This document shows positions 1-8,627 of a stretch of 36,313 bases of DNA, piece after piece (the stretch's first letter is position 1; every line of letters starts with the position of its first letter). The translations under genes were made by a program, and so were the position numbers. Source of the DNA: Opitutaceae bacterium (GTDB taxonomy: Bacteria; Verrucomicrobiota; Verrucomicrobiia; Opitutales; Opitutaceae); contig JBJKRD010000500.1 in the NCBI GenBank assembly GCA_046704925.1, forward strand, positions 1 to 36,313. The letters are read 5' to 3'. Below the pieces are notes generated by a model that worked only from the letters and a program-made list of their open reading frames with translations, was not told the DNA's origin and did no database searches.

Positions 1-138
1 TCATCATCACAGCCCATCCAAGCGGTGCAAACCTGAACAAGTTCCCGCCGAGCCTTGACTTGCGAAGCGACCGCGCTGGCCCGCAGGCCCCCGGGGAGCC
101 CGCCGCGAGGTGGCTCGTCCAGCCCGGCGGGTGGACGG

Positions 139-330
139 TCAGGCCTCGGCGTCCGGCGGGGCCGGGGGTGGCGTCACCTGCCGGCCCCGACGCTGCTGCA
201 CCGCCTGACGCAGCAGAAACTCGATCTGGCCGTTCACGCTCCGCAATTCGTCAGCGGCCCACGCTTCGAGCTCGGCCCAAAGCCGGGGATCGATGCGGAG
301 GAGAAATGCCTTGCGGTCCTCGGTCGGCAT
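139..330 (-). CDS. Arc-like ribbon-helix-helix DNA-binding protein (63 aa)
   Basis: The ORF-track protein [44 protein letters not shown] has an N-terminal beta-strand motif (KAFLLRI) followed by two short helices, as in Arc/CopG-type RHH proteins. ATG at 328-330 and TGA at 139-141. It lies only 7 nt downstream of the preceding minus-strand gene. Confidence 0.7.
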   Translation of the reverse strand: MPTEDRKAFLLRIDPRLWAELEAWAADELRSVNGQIEFLLRQAVQQRRGRQVTPPPAPPDAEA

Positions 331-337
331 GAAGCGG

Positions 338-880
338 TCAACGAATCAGCCCGGCGCGTTTGCGCACGGTCTCGACAAACAGCGAGGATTGTTGCGGCGA
401 AATGACGAGGCAGCGGTCGGGCCAGCGCAGCACCACGGCACGCTCGGTGTCGGTGACATACGCATGAAAGCGCCCGAGCCGCTCGCTCCGAAACCGGCCC
501 GTGATCGCGCGCAAGCCGTCGTTGCCGACGATCTTCCGGGCGCCGCGAAAAGCGTCGCGATCCGGCTCCGCGCCCTGCAACCCCGGCAAAGGGAAGCGCG
601 CCTTGCGCAGCGGAAGTTCCACCAGCAACTCCGACGCGGTGACCCGGTAATTCCGGATGTGGGCGGTGAACCAGATGGCGCCGACGACCAGCGGCGCCAC
701 CCCGATGACGCCAAAGGCCGGCCACGGCGGCGCTTGGCGTTCGAGCATCATGGCGGCGAACAACGACGCCACCAGAACGATCACGATCACAATCGAGAGC
801 ATGGTGGCCAGCCGCACCCGGGCCCCGGCGGACGCGGGCGCGAACACGGCATCGGGCGGGACGATGGAGGAGGCGGACAT
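338..880 (-). CDS. Membrane protein with two TM helices and a C-terminal bacterial PH-like (YdbS/YdbT-type) domain
   Basis: The likely start is the ATG at 878-880 (MSASSIVPP...). The ORF-track start at 961 only adds an Arg/Pro-rich leader. Two hydrophobic helices ([23 protein letters not shown] and [20 protein letters not shown]) precede a soluble domain of about 110 aa that resembles bPH domains. The family call is from memory and was not searched. TGA at 338-340. Confidence 0.6.
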   Translation of the reverse strand: MSASSIVPPDAVFAPASAGARVRLATMLSIVIVIVLVASLFAAMMLERQAPPWPAFGVIGVAPLVVGAIWFTAHIRNYRVTASELLVELPLRKARFPLPGLQGAEPDRDAFRGARKIVGNDGLRAITGRFRSERLGRFHAYVTDTERAVVLRWPDRCLVISPQQSSLFVETVRKRAGLIR

Positions 881-891
881 GCGGTCAGGCC

Positions 892-1056
892 TCACCGGCG
901 TTTGACCATGGCTTGGAGCAGTTGGGCGGCGTGAATGGTGACGCCGCCCTGCGGCTCCCATCCCAAGGCGATGGCCTCGTTGACCTCCTTGATGAGCTGC
1001 TCCAGCGCCCGCTTCAGGGAAAACACACTGCTCACGGATATGACGCGATATTGCAT
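892..1056 (-). CDS. Small DUF1737-like protein (54 aa)
   Basis: The likely start is the ATG at 1054-1056 (MQYRVISVSSVFSLKRALEQLIKEVNEAIALGWEPQGGV...). The pattern of a short beta-strand, a helix and GWEP-GG resembles DUF1737. It sits 44 nt after the SPFH stop and 11 nt before the PH-domain gene start. The ORF-track N-terminal extension to 1155 overlaps the SPFH gene. Confidence 0.5.
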   Translation of the reverse strand: MQYRVISVSSVFSLKRALEQLIKEVNEAIALGWEPQGGVTIHAAQLLQAMVKRR

Positions 1057-1100
1057 GGCGAAATCGGGTTGAAGATCAGGGCCGGGACGGTGGCCGGTGG

Positions 1101-2018
1101 TCAATTGTAGAGGGTGCCGGTGTTGACCACCGGATGGACTTCGGAATCGCCGCAAAGCACGACCAGGAGGTTGCTGACCATCGCCGCCTTGCGCTCCTCA
1201 TCGAGGCGCACGACCGCCTTGTCCGCCAGATCCCGGAGCGCCATGTCGACCATGCTGACGGCGCCGTGGACGATCTTCTGGCGCGCGGCGATGACGGCCT
1301 CAGCTTGCTGGCGGCGGAGCATCGCCTGGGCGATTTCCGGCGCATAAGCCAGATGGGTGAGGCGGGCCTCCTCGATTTGCACCCCCGCCCGCGCCAGCCG
1401 CTGATGCAGTTCATCGCGCAAGGCCGCCGAAATAGCGTCACCTCCCCCGCGCAGCGTGAGTTCATTTTCCTCGCCGTCGTCGTAGGCGTAGCCGCTGGCC
1501 AAGTGGCGCACCGCCGACTCACTCTGCACCGCGACATAATGCTCGTAGTTGTCGACGTCAAAACACGCCTGCGCGGTATCGTGCACCCGCCACACCACCA
1601 CCGCGGCGATCTCGATGGGATTGCCACGCTTGTCGTTTACCTTGAGTTTCTCGCCGTTGAAGTTGCGGGCCCGAAGCGAGATCTTGACCTTCCGGTTGAA
1701 CGGGTTGGTCCAGTAAAACCCGTTGGCGCGCACCGTGCCCTTGTAGGCGCCGAACAGGATCAATACCGCCGCCTCGTTTGGCTGGAGAGCGAAAAACCCG
1801 TTGCAGGCGGTGACCCCCAGGCCCAGGAGGATGGCGGAGGCGACGAACAGCCAGACGGCGCCGGGAGCCCCATCCTTGGCGTCGATCACGCCGTGGACGA
1901 AGGTCCAGGGCATCGCCGCGAACAGGACGATGGTGATGAAAAGCAACAGCCAGCCGCTGGCTGCGCGAACGGTATTCTCACGGTTGACCGCGAGGGACGG
2001 GAGTTCAGATGCATTCAT
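1101..2018 (-). CDS. SPFH/band-7 (stomatin/prohibitin-like) membrane protein
   Basis: N-terminal TM helices are followed by a band-7 core ([20 protein letters not shown]...[13 protein letters not shown]...) and a coiled Ala/Gln-rich segment ([23 protein letters not shown]). The ATG at 2016-2018 (MNASEL) overlaps the TGA of the upstream small ORF as ATGA. The ORF-track start at 2057 is a TTG. Confidence 0.85.
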   Translation of the reverse strand: MNASELPSLAVNRENTVRAASGWLLLFITIVLFAAMPWTFVHGVIDAKDGAPGAVWLFVASAILLGLGVTACNGFFALQPNEAAVLILFGAYKGTVRANGFYWTNPFNRKVKISLRARNFNGEKLKVNDKRGNPIEIAAVVVWRVHDTAQACFDVDNYEHYVAVQSESAVRHLASGYAYDDGEENELTLRGGGDAISAALRDELHQRLARAGVQIEEARLTHLAYAPEIAQAMLRRQQAEAVIAARQKIVHGAVSMVDMALRDLADKAVVRLDEERKAAMVSNLLVVLCGDSEVHPVVNTGTLYN

Positions 2019-2227
2019 GGCAGGGAAAACAGCAGGAGCTGGAACATGCTGGTCCAAAGAAGGCCCGGGCCGGGCACCCAGGGGATTTGCGCTGCCCCAT
2101 CAACGGACGACTGGGCCCCAAAGCCCAGCACCCCGGACACAACAACCGACACCAAAATCCCTCCAATCGCCCAGGTCAGCGGAATCCGATATCGTATAAC
2201 TGATTGGTGTGAAGCCGGGAGCGTCAT
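2015..2227 (-). CDS. Hypothetical small single-TM protein (about 70 aa; alternative ATG at 2248)
   Basis: This is the C-terminal part of ORF 2015..2347. MTLPASHQSVIRYRIPLTWAIGGILVSVVVSGVLGFG... contains one clear hydrophobic helix. Its TGA (2015-2017) overlaps the SPFH ATG (2016-2018), which suggests translational coupling. No family was recognised, so it may not be coding. Confidence 0.3.
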   Translation of the reverse strand: MTLPASHQSVIRYRIPLTWAIGGILVSVVVSGVLGFGAQSSVDGAAQIPWVPGPGLLWTSMFQLLLFSLP

Positions 2228-2228
2228 C

Positions 2229-2258
2229 AGATACCATTTTGATATCATATTGGTATCT
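2229..2258. promoter_or_regulatory. Perfect 8-bp inverted repeat AGATACCA-N14-TGGTATCT (candidate operator) in the AT-rich leader of the SPFH operon
   Basis: Read directly: AGATACCA at 2229-2236 and its exact reverse complement TGGTATCT at 2251-2258. The spacer ttttgatatcatat contains GATATC. It lies in the lowest-GC stretch between the SWIB terminator and the first ORF of the SPFH operon. Confidence 0.35.
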
Positions 2259-2364
2259 AGTCCGTCAAGCAATAACGTGACGCCGCCAAACGAATGTTGC
2301 CCCCCTCCGTCCACCCGTGCGGCGTTCCCACCGCAAACGACAGCCAATGCGGTCCGTCTCCGCC

Positions 2365-2400
2365 AAAAAATAACGCCGCCAAGGATTCAACCCCGGCGGC
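2365..2400 (-). terminator. Rho-independent terminator downstream of the SWIB gene
   Basis: On the minus strand the sequence reads GCCGCC-ggggttgaatcctt-GGCGGC followed by GTTATTTTTTGG. On the plus strand the A-run is at 2365-2370 and the arms are at 2375-2380 and 2395-2400. It starts about 20 nt after the SWIB stop. Confidence 0.65.
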
Positions 2401-2418
2401 GTCATCAACGAAAAAAGC

Positions 2419-2691
2419 TCAGCTCGAGACGTGACCCGACACCAGCTTGGTCATCTCAAACATGCTGACCTTGTTCTTGCCATTGAACACGGCCTTCAAC
2501 TTGTCGTCCGCATTGATCTGGGTCTTCACCTTCTTGTCCTGAAGCCCATTCTTCTTGATGTAAGCCCAAAGCTTCTTGGTGAGTTCGGTACGGGGCAGCG
2601 GATTGCTGCCAACAACAGCGGCGAGAACGGCATCCGGAGTCACCGGTGCCATGAACTTTGCATTCGGGGTGCGGGCAGATTTCTTTGCCAT
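2419..2691 (-). CDS. SWIB/MDM2 domain-containing protein (90 aa)
   Basis: MAKKSARTPNAKFMAPVTPDAVLAAVVGSNPLPRTELTKKLWAYIKKNGLQDKKVKTQINADDKLKAVFNGKNKVSMFEMTKLVSGHV matches the SWIB pattern (P..LS..L..ivG.....R.e..K.lW.YIK.n.LQd......I..D..L..vf....v.mFem.kll..H). ATG at 2689-2691 and TGA at 2419-2421. Confidence 0.85.
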   Translation of the reverse strand: MAKKSARTPNAKFMAPVTPDAVLAAVVGSNPLPRTELTKKLWAYIKKNGLQDKKVKTQINADDKLKAVFNGKNKVSMFEMTKLVSGHVSS

Positions 2692-2773
2692 AGTGACGCC
2701 GTCATAGTCGCCCGGCACCTCAACGCAACGAAATTCTAGAGGGGAAACGCGCCGTTTTCAGAGGGAAAACGAC

Positions 2774-2795
2774 CGCCCGGCGCGGGCGATTTTTT
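2774..2795. terminator. GC hairpin (CGCCCG-gcg-CGGGCG) flanked by T-runs on both strands; probable terminator of the ABC operon
   Basis: The stem arms are 2774-2779 and 2783-2788. On the plus strand it is followed by ATTTTTT (2789-2795). On the minus strand it is followed by GTCGTTTTCC. It lies 26-47 nt downstream of the minus-strand ABC gene stop at 2821. There is no plus-strand gene upstream, so the minus-strand role is inferred. Confidence 0.4.
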
Positions 2796-2820
2796 GCTTG
2801 CACCGGGCGCCCGCCGGCGT

Positions 2821-4680
2821 TCACGCGCCGCGGTCGTCCACTTGGACGAACTGCCGGTACAACGCGGCGTAGTGGCCCCGCAATGACAATAGGGCCGCGT
2901 GCGTTCCCCGTTCGATGATCCGACCCCGGTCAAGCACGAGCACCAGGTCGGCGTGGCGGATGGTGCTGAGGCGGTGCGCGACCACCACGCTGGTGCGGCC
3001 CTGCAGCAGGGTCAGGAGCGCCTGCTGGACTCTCGCCTCGGTCAGCGCGTCGATGGAACTGGTCGCTTCGTCGAGGACGAGCAAACGGGGATCCGCGAGC
3101 AGCGCCCGGGCGAAACAGACCAGCTGCCGCTGGCCAACCGACAGGCCGCTGCCTTTCTCCCCCACCGCGGTGCGCAGGCCGCGGGGCAGTTCTTCGAACA
3201 CGTCGAGACACTCCAGACGCCGGGCCACCGCGCGCACGTCGTCCTCGGACGCCTCGGGTCGTCCGAGGCGGATGTTCTCCAGCACGGTGCCGCTGAAGAG
3301 GAAATTCTGCTGCGACACCAGGCCCATCTGGCGGTGCAGCGACCGGCTGGTAAGCGTGCGGATCTCGCGGTTATCGATCAGCACCTCGCCCGCCGTCGGC
3401 AGATAGAACTTGGTCACGAGATTCACGATCGAACTTTTGCCGCTGCCGGTATGGCCGACGAGGGCGGTCATCCGTCCCGGCTCGGCCGCGAAATCCACCT
3501 CGTGAAGCACCGGCCGCCCCGGGTCGTAGCCAAACGAGACCCGGCGGAACTCGACGCGCAGGCCGGGCGCGATTCCGCCGCCGGTCCGTCCCGCCGGCCG
3601 CGGATCCGGCAGCGCGACAGCCCCCGCTGCGTCCGTCCAGTCAGGCGGAAGATCGAGCAGGCGGAAGATCCGTTCGGCCCCGGCCATCGCGACCAGCGCC
3701 TGGTTGTATTGGTTGCCGATGACGGCGATCGGCGAGAAGAAGAGATTCGCGAGAAAAAAGAACTGGATGAGGCTGGCGAGCGGCATCTCGTGGTGGAACG
3801 CGCGCCAACCGCCGAGGAGCAGGAGGACGGCGATGAAAAACTGGCTGTTGAGCTCCAGAATGGGGAGGAGGGTCGCCGAGGTGCGCGCGAGGGCCACGTT
3901 GTAGCGGGCGTGATCGGCCAGCAGGGTGCGGAACAGGCCGGCATTGGTCGCCTGCCGCACGAAACCCTGGGTCACGCGGATCCCGTTGACCGATTCCGCC
4001 AGCGTCGCCGTGACCCGGCTGAAACTCTCCTGGCTGGCGCGGCTCAGCCGGCTGAGCCGGAATCGGAAACGGCGGTTGACCGTCCACAGTACCGGCGCCA
4101 TCGCCAAAACCACGAGGAAGAGCGACCAGTCGCAAACCAGCATGGCCGCCGCCGAGAACACCATCATGCCGCCCTGGATGAGGCTCACGAAGAACACATC
4201 CTGCACTCCGACGCGGACCGCCTCCACATCCGAGGTGACCCGGCTGATGATGCGCCCGAGCTTCATCCGATGGAAAAAACTCATCGGCATCCGCTGCACA
4301 CAGCGGAAGATGTCGGCGCGCAGGGCCGACACCGCCAACTCGCCCAGCTCCAGGGCGAACCGCTGGCGGAAATGAAAGAGAAAATCCGTCGAGAGGGCCA
4401 GCACCGCATAGCCTGCCACCGCCCACGCCAGCACCGGCGTCTGGCGGTGGGCCACCGGTCCAGCAATGATCCGGCCCATCGCCCACACCAGGGCGGGCAA
4501 CTGCATCGCGCGCACCACCGACAGCGCGATCAGCGCCCTGAATTTCTTGCGGTGCGGACGCAGGTAACCGAGCAGGCGGTGGATCAGGCTCCAAGCCAGT
4601 GGGCGGAACTGGTCCTCATCCTCGTCCTCAGCCCGCGGGACGAGGGTAAGGCGGTCGGGGCCGGCGGCCGGCGGGCTCAC
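2821..4680 (-). CDS. ABC exporter, fused permease/ATPase subunit 2 (canonical Walker B, deviant signature LSVGQ)
   Basis: A six-TM exporter domain is followed by an NBD with GHTGSGKS (Walker A), LSVGQRQL (signature), LLVLDEATSSID (Walker B) and VVAHRLST (H-loop). The start is assigned to the GTG at 4678-4680 (VSPPAAGPDRL...), which overlaps the upstream gene's TGA as GTGA. The ORF-track 844-aa form runs back into the upstream gene in another frame. Confidence 0.9.
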   Translation of the reverse strand: MSPPAAGPDRLTLVPRAEDEDEDQFRPLAWSLIHRLLGYLRPHRKKFRALIALSVVRAMQLPALVWAMGRIIAGPVAHRQTPVLAWAVAGYAVLALSTDFLFHFRQRFALELGELAVSALRADIFRCVQRMPMSFFHRMKLGRIISRVTSDVEAVRVGVQDVFFVSLIQGGMMVFSAAAMLVCDWSLFLVVLAMAPVLWTVNRRFRFRLSRLSRASQESFSRVTATLAESVNGIRVTQGFVRQATNAGLFRTLLADHARYNVALARTSATLLPILELNSQFFIAVLLLLGGWRAFHHEMPLASLIQFFFLANLFFSPIAVIGNQYNQALVAMAGAERIFRLLDLPPDWTDAAGAVALPDPRPAGRTGGGIAPGLRVEFRRVSFGYDPGRPVLHEVDFAAEPGRMTALVGHTGSGKSSIVNLVTKFYLPTAGEVLIDNREIRTLTSRSLHRQMGLVSQQNFLFSGTVLENIRLGRPEASEDDVRAVARRLECLDVFEELPRGLRTAVGEKGSGLSVGQRQLVCFARALLADPRLLVLDEATSSIDALTEARVQQALLTLLQGRTSVVVAHRLSTIRHADLVLVLDRGRIIERGTHAALLSLRGHYAALYRQFVQVDDRGA

Positions 4681-6548
4681 GAGGAACCTCCCTCCCGGGC
4701 GAGTTCCCGCAACTCCGCCCCGTCGATCAACTGCAGGCTGGCCACGTGCCGGTAGGGCCCCGGCACACGCATCAGCTCCGCATGGGTGCCCCGCTGCACG
4801 ATGCGGCCGGTGTCCATCACCAAGATGAAGTCGGCGCGGCGCAAGGTGCTGAGGCGGTGGGCGACGATGAACGTCGTCCGACCCGCGATCGCGCGGTCCA
4901 GCGCCGCGAAAATCTCGTGTTCCGTCTGCGAATCGATCGCCGCGGTCGGATCGTCCAGCAGGAGGATCGCCGGTTCCAGCAGGATCGCCCGCGCCAACGC
5001 GAGCCGCTGGCGCTGGCCACCGGACAGGGTGACGCCGCTTTCGCCGAGCACGGTGTCGTAGCCGTGGGTCAGGTCGACGATGAAGTCGTGCGCCGCCGCG
5101 ACGCGCGCCGCTTTCTCGATTTGCTCCCGGGTCGCTCCCGGATGCCCAAAGGCAATGTTCGCGGCCACCGTATGGCTGAAGAGAAAGCTCTCCTGGAACA
5201 CGAGGCCGATGTTCCGGCGCAGATCGTCGAGTTCGAGGTCGCGCACATCGCATTCGTCGACCAGCACCCGGCCGGCCGTCGGGTCGTAGAAACGGGGGAT
5301 GAGACTCATCAGCGCGCTCTTGCCGGATCCGGTGGCGCCCAGAATCGCCACGCACCGGCCCGGAGACACCCCGAAGTCGATGTCTTCCAGGACCGCCTGG
5401 TTGGGATCATAGGCGAACGACACGTGCTGAAACCGCACCGCACCCTGCAGCCTGGCCCGGCGCAGGGCCCCGGGCCGGCTCTGAACCTCGATGGGCGCGT
5501 CAAGAATCTCGAACACCCGCCGTGCTCCAATCAGCGACTGCTGCACGCTGTTGACCACGTTGACCACGTTGTTCACCTGACCGGAGAACTGCTCCAGCAG
5601 GCCGGCGAAGACGACCAGGCCCGCCCCCAGCGGCAACCGGCCCTGCACCGTCAGCCAGCCGCCGTAGCCGAGCAGCACCATCATGTTGATGCGGGTGAGA
5701 AAGCCCACCGCCGGACTGAAGAGACTGACCCGCCAGAAGATTCCCTTCTGCTGGTCGAGCACGGCCTGGTTGGAACGGGCGAACTTCGTGAAGTCCTCCT
5801 CCTCGCGGCCGAAGCCCTTGGTGACCGCGATGCCCTGGATGCTCTCGGCCAGGTTGCGCACCATGACGTCGGCGAGTTCACGGTTGCGGGCATATTCGGG
5901 CTGGATGCGTCGCGAGAATTCCACAGCCGCGATCCACAGCAACGGTGTCGTCGCCAGGCAGGCCAACGTGAGGCCCACGTGCAGGCTGGCCATGTACGCC
6001 ACGTAGACCGACAGCGAAATGACCATGATGAAGCTCTGCATCAACACCTGATCGAGAAACATGCGCACCGCCTGCACGTCCCCCGTCACCCGGTTGATGA
6101 TCGAACCGGTGGAGTTCGCGTCGAAGAAACGAAAGCTCAGGCGCTGCAGCTTGTCATAAACGAGCCCCCGGAGGTGCGGCACGATCTCCTGCTGCGTCAG
6201 CCGGTTGATCTGCACGCTGTAGGTATAGTTCAGAACAGCCCGCAACGCGGCGAGGGCGAGGATCAACCCCGCGATCACCGCCACCACGGTGAACGGGGGC
6301 CACGCCGGCGGGAACGACAGGCCGAAACGGTCTTCCGGCAAAGCCGCGCCGGCCACTTGGTGCCGGATGAAGTCAATCGCCTGTCCGGTGAAGTTGAGGC
6401 CGGCGAGGCCGATCGTCAGCAGGATCAGCTGGAGACCCAGCACCTCGAAGCACCGACGCCGGTAGCGCCAGACCAGCCCGAACAGACGTCGGGCGAGCGC
6501 CCAATTGCTCAGCGGTGCACCCAACGACGGGGCGGAGGCGGCGCTCAT
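4677..6548 (-). CDS. ABC exporter, fused permease/ATPase subunit 1 (Walker B Asp-Asp instead of Asp-Glu)
   Basis: 623 aa. A TM domain is followed by GATGSGKS, LSGGQRQR, ILLLDDPTAAID and IVAHRLST. TGA at 4677-4679. Confidence 0.9.
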   Translation of the reverse strand: MSAASAPSLGAPLSNWALARRLFGLVWRYRRRCFEVLGLQLILLTIGLAGLNFTGQAIDFIRHQVAGAALPEDRFGLSFPPAWPPFTVVAVIAGLILALAALRAVLNYTYSVQINRLTQQEIVPHLRGLVYDKLQRLSFRFFDANSTGSIINRVTGDVQAVRMFLDQVLMQSFIMVISLSVYVAYMASLHVGLTLACLATTPLLWIAAVEFSRRIQPEYARNRELADVMVRNLAESIQGIAVTKGFGREEEDFTKFARSNQAVLDQQKGIFWRVSLFSPAVGFLTRINMMVLLGYGGWLTVQGRLPLGAGLVVFAGLLEQFSGQVNNVVNVVNSVQQSLIGARRVFEILDAPIEVQSRPGALRRARLQGAVRFQHVSFAYDPNQAVLEDIDFGVSPGRCVAILGATGSGKSALMSLIPRFYDPTAGRVLVDECDVRDLELDDLRRNIGLVFQESFLFSHTVAANIAFGHPGATREQIEKAARVAAAHDFIVDLTHGYDTVLGESGVTLSGGQRQRLALARAILLEPAILLLDDPTAAIDSQTEHEIFAALDRAIAGRTTFIVAHRLSTLRRADFILVMDTGRIVQRGTHAELMRVPGPYRHVASLQLIDGAELRELAREGGSS

Positions 6549-6869
6549 GCGTGGGGCGAACGGCCGCCGTCCACGGCGTCACCCGTCAAACGAGGTCGTT
6601 GTCGGAAACTGCTCATCCGATGGTCGCTCCTGGGCACGGATTTCGCCGTCAATGGCATCCCGTTCCAAGCGCAAATTGCCCGCTGCTGGCGCCAGGACCC
6701 GTTGGCCCCCGGGATCCTCCTGAGAATCGCGACCCGATGGGCAGCATTAGACTGGTCATTTCTTGTCATGACTGGGGCTGCTATTTGCCACCTTGCCACG
6801 GTCGAAGGTGACCCCCGCCGGATCGATCCTATCATTTCGCCAGCTATTAATTCCACCGAAAGTACGAGT

Positions 6870-8543
6870 ATGAACGCATCCCTATCCGGCGGCGGCTTGA
6901 ATCCCAACGGCGGCCCCATGCTGCCGCGAGGACAAAACCTCCTGACTCACCCCCTGTACAACAAGGGCACGGCCTTCACCGAGAGGGAGCGCGACGCCTT
7001 GGGGCTGCGCGGCTTGCTGCCGCCCCGTGTGTTCACGATGGAACAGCAGCTGCAGCGCGTCTACGGCAATTACCAGCGCAAGACGAACGACTTGGAGAGG
7101 TATATCTTCCTGACCACGCTCCAGAATCGCAACGAAACCCTCTTCTACCGGCTGCTGCACGAACATGCGGAGGAGATGATTCCCATTATCTACACCCCGA
7201 CGGTGGGACAGGCATGTCTGGAATACGGCGCCATCTTCCGACGGGCGCGCGGTCTGTTTATCAGCATTCGCGAGCGGGGTCGCATCGCCGAGATCCTGCG
7301 TCACTGGCCGTATGCGGACGCCCGGATGATCGTGGTGACCGACGGCGAGCGCATCCTCGGTCTGGGCGATTTGGGTGCCTTGGGAATGGGCATACCCGTC
7401 GGCAAACTCTCGCTCTACACGGCCTGCGCCGGGGTCCACCCCTACTATTGCCTGCCGGTCACGCTCGACGTTGGCACCGACAACCTGAAGCTGCACGAGG
7501 ACCCGTTGTACATCGGCCTCAACCAGAAACGGGTGCGCGGCGCCGAGTACGATGCGTTTGTCGATGAATTTGTCCAGGCGGTGCACCTGACCTTTCCCAA
7601 GGCGCTGATTCAATGGGAGGACTTTGGCAACACCAACGCCTTCCGGCTGTTGCGTCGACATCGCGATGCAGTCTGCAGTTTTAATGACGACATCCAAGGG
7701 ACGGCGGCAGTCGCGCTGGCTGGGCTCCTGGGGGCATTGCGGATCAGCGGCGGCCGCCTGCAGGATCAGCGGCTGTTGTTTCTCGGCGCCGGCGAAGCGG
7801 GCACCGGCATCGCCGAACTTTTCGTCGCGGCCGCCCAGCGGGAGGGGCTGAGCGAGGCCGAAGCGCGTGCCCGCTGCTGGTTTGTCGATTCGCAAGGTCT
7901 GGTCGTGCGCAGCCGGACGGGCCAATTGGCGGAACACAAGCTCGCGTACGCGCACGATCTGCCGTACATCGCGACCCTGGCCGAGGCCGTGAAAGCCTTC
8001 CAGCCGACCGCGTTGCTCGGAGCGGGGCGCACCCCGCGCATGTTCACGCGCGAAATTGTCGCCGAGATGGCGACGCTCAACCGACGGCCGATCATCTTTG
8101 CGCTTTCCAATCCGACCTCGAAGGCGGAATGCACGGCGGAGGAAGCTTATCAATGGTCGGACGGCCGGGCGATTTTCGCGAGCGGCAGCCCGTTTCCCCC
8201 CGTGAGCTACCAGGGCCGGACCTTTGTCCCGGGCCAGGGCAACAACGTGTACGTGTTCCCCGGAATCGGACTGGGCGCCCTGGCCTGCGAAGCCGCGTGC
8301 ATCACGGACGAGATGTTCCTCACGACCGCGCGAACGCTGGCCGCCCAAGTTTCCGACGAAGACCTCGCGAGCGGTCGCGTCTACCCCTCGCTCACCCGCA
8401 TTCGCGATGTCTCCGCCCGTATCGCGGTGGCCGTGGCCGAAGAGGCCTACCGGGCCGACCTGGCCCGCCGTCCCCGCCCCGTCGATCTCGAGGCTGATAT
8501 CCGCGCCAGCATGTTCGATCCGGTCTACGGCGAATACGTGTAG
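6870..8543 (+). CDS. maeA: NAD(P)-dependent malic enzyme (large, eukaryote-like/MaeA-SfcA type, 557 aa)
   Basis: This is the C-terminal 557 aa of ORF 4746..8543, from the ATG at 6870 (MNASLSGG...). Motifs seen: HPLYNKGTAFTERERDALGLRGLLPP, IIYTPTVGQAC, VVTDGERILGLGDLG, FNDDIQGTAAV, FLGAGEAGTGIA, FALSNPT and GQGNNVYVFPGIGLG. Stop is TAG at 8541-8543. The alternative start MLPRG at 6918 cannot be excluded. Confidence 0.9.
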   Translation: MNASLSGGGLNPNGGPMLPRGQNLLTHPLYNKGTAFTERERDALGLRGLLPPRVFTMEQQLQRVYGNYQRKTNDLERYIFLTTLQNRNETLFYRLLHEHAEEMIPIIYTPTVGQACLEYGAIFRRARGLFISIRERGRIAEILRHWPYADARMIVVTDGERILGLGDLGALGMGIPVGKLSLYTACAGVHPYYCLPVTLDVGTDNLKLHEDPLYIGLNQKRVRGAEYDAFVDEFVQAVHLTFPKALIQWEDFGNTNAFRLLRRHRDAVCSFNDDIQGTAAVALAGLLGALRISGGRLQDQRLLFLGAGEAGTGIAELFVAAAQREGLSEAEARARCWFVDSQGLVVRSRTGQLAEHKLAYAHDLPYIATLAEAVKAFQPTALLGAGRTPRMFTREIVAEMATLNRRPIIFALSNPTSKAECTAEEAYQWSDGRAIFASGSPFPPVSYQGRTFVPGQGNNVYVFPGIGLGALACEAACITDEMFLTTARTLAAQVSDEDLASGRVYPSLTRIRDVSARIAVAVAEEAYRADLARRPRPVDLEADIRASMFDPVYGEYV

Positions 8544-8627
8544 GTCCGCGCGCCGGGGTCGCCAACGCCGGCGCAATCGCCTTTGGCCGGCGCCGCGTCC
8601 ACCGGCCCAAAGATCGCGACCTTCGCC

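Noticed and set aside
1-138. A possible gene end at the left edge (frame-1 stop at 34-36) or the start of a further minus-strand gene after the Arc-like gene.
   Set aside because: There is too little sequence to support any call.
4681-5355. The N-terminal extension of the 844-aa ORF 2821..5355.
   Set aside because: It overlaps the NBD-coding end of the upstream ABC gene in another frame and is Arg/Pro-rich. A GTG at 4678-4680 gives a normal 619-aa half-transporter-type protein with a GTGA overlap.
4746-6869. The N-terminal 708 codons of the 1265-aa ORF 4746..8543.
   Set aside because: Only the part from the ATG at 6870 resembles malic enzyme. The upstream part is antisense to the ABC exporter gene plus intergenic read-through, and its composition is low-complexity.
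6549-6869. A possible tRNA, ncRNA or small gene in the 321-bp divergent spacer between the ABC operon and the malic enzyme gene, including the palindromes GTCATGAC and GGATCGATCC (6820-6829).
   Set aside because: No T-loop/cloverleaf signature or extended structure was found. The ORFs here (6505..6723, 6515..6811 and 6545..6919) have no recognisable features. The short palindromes are within chance expectation.
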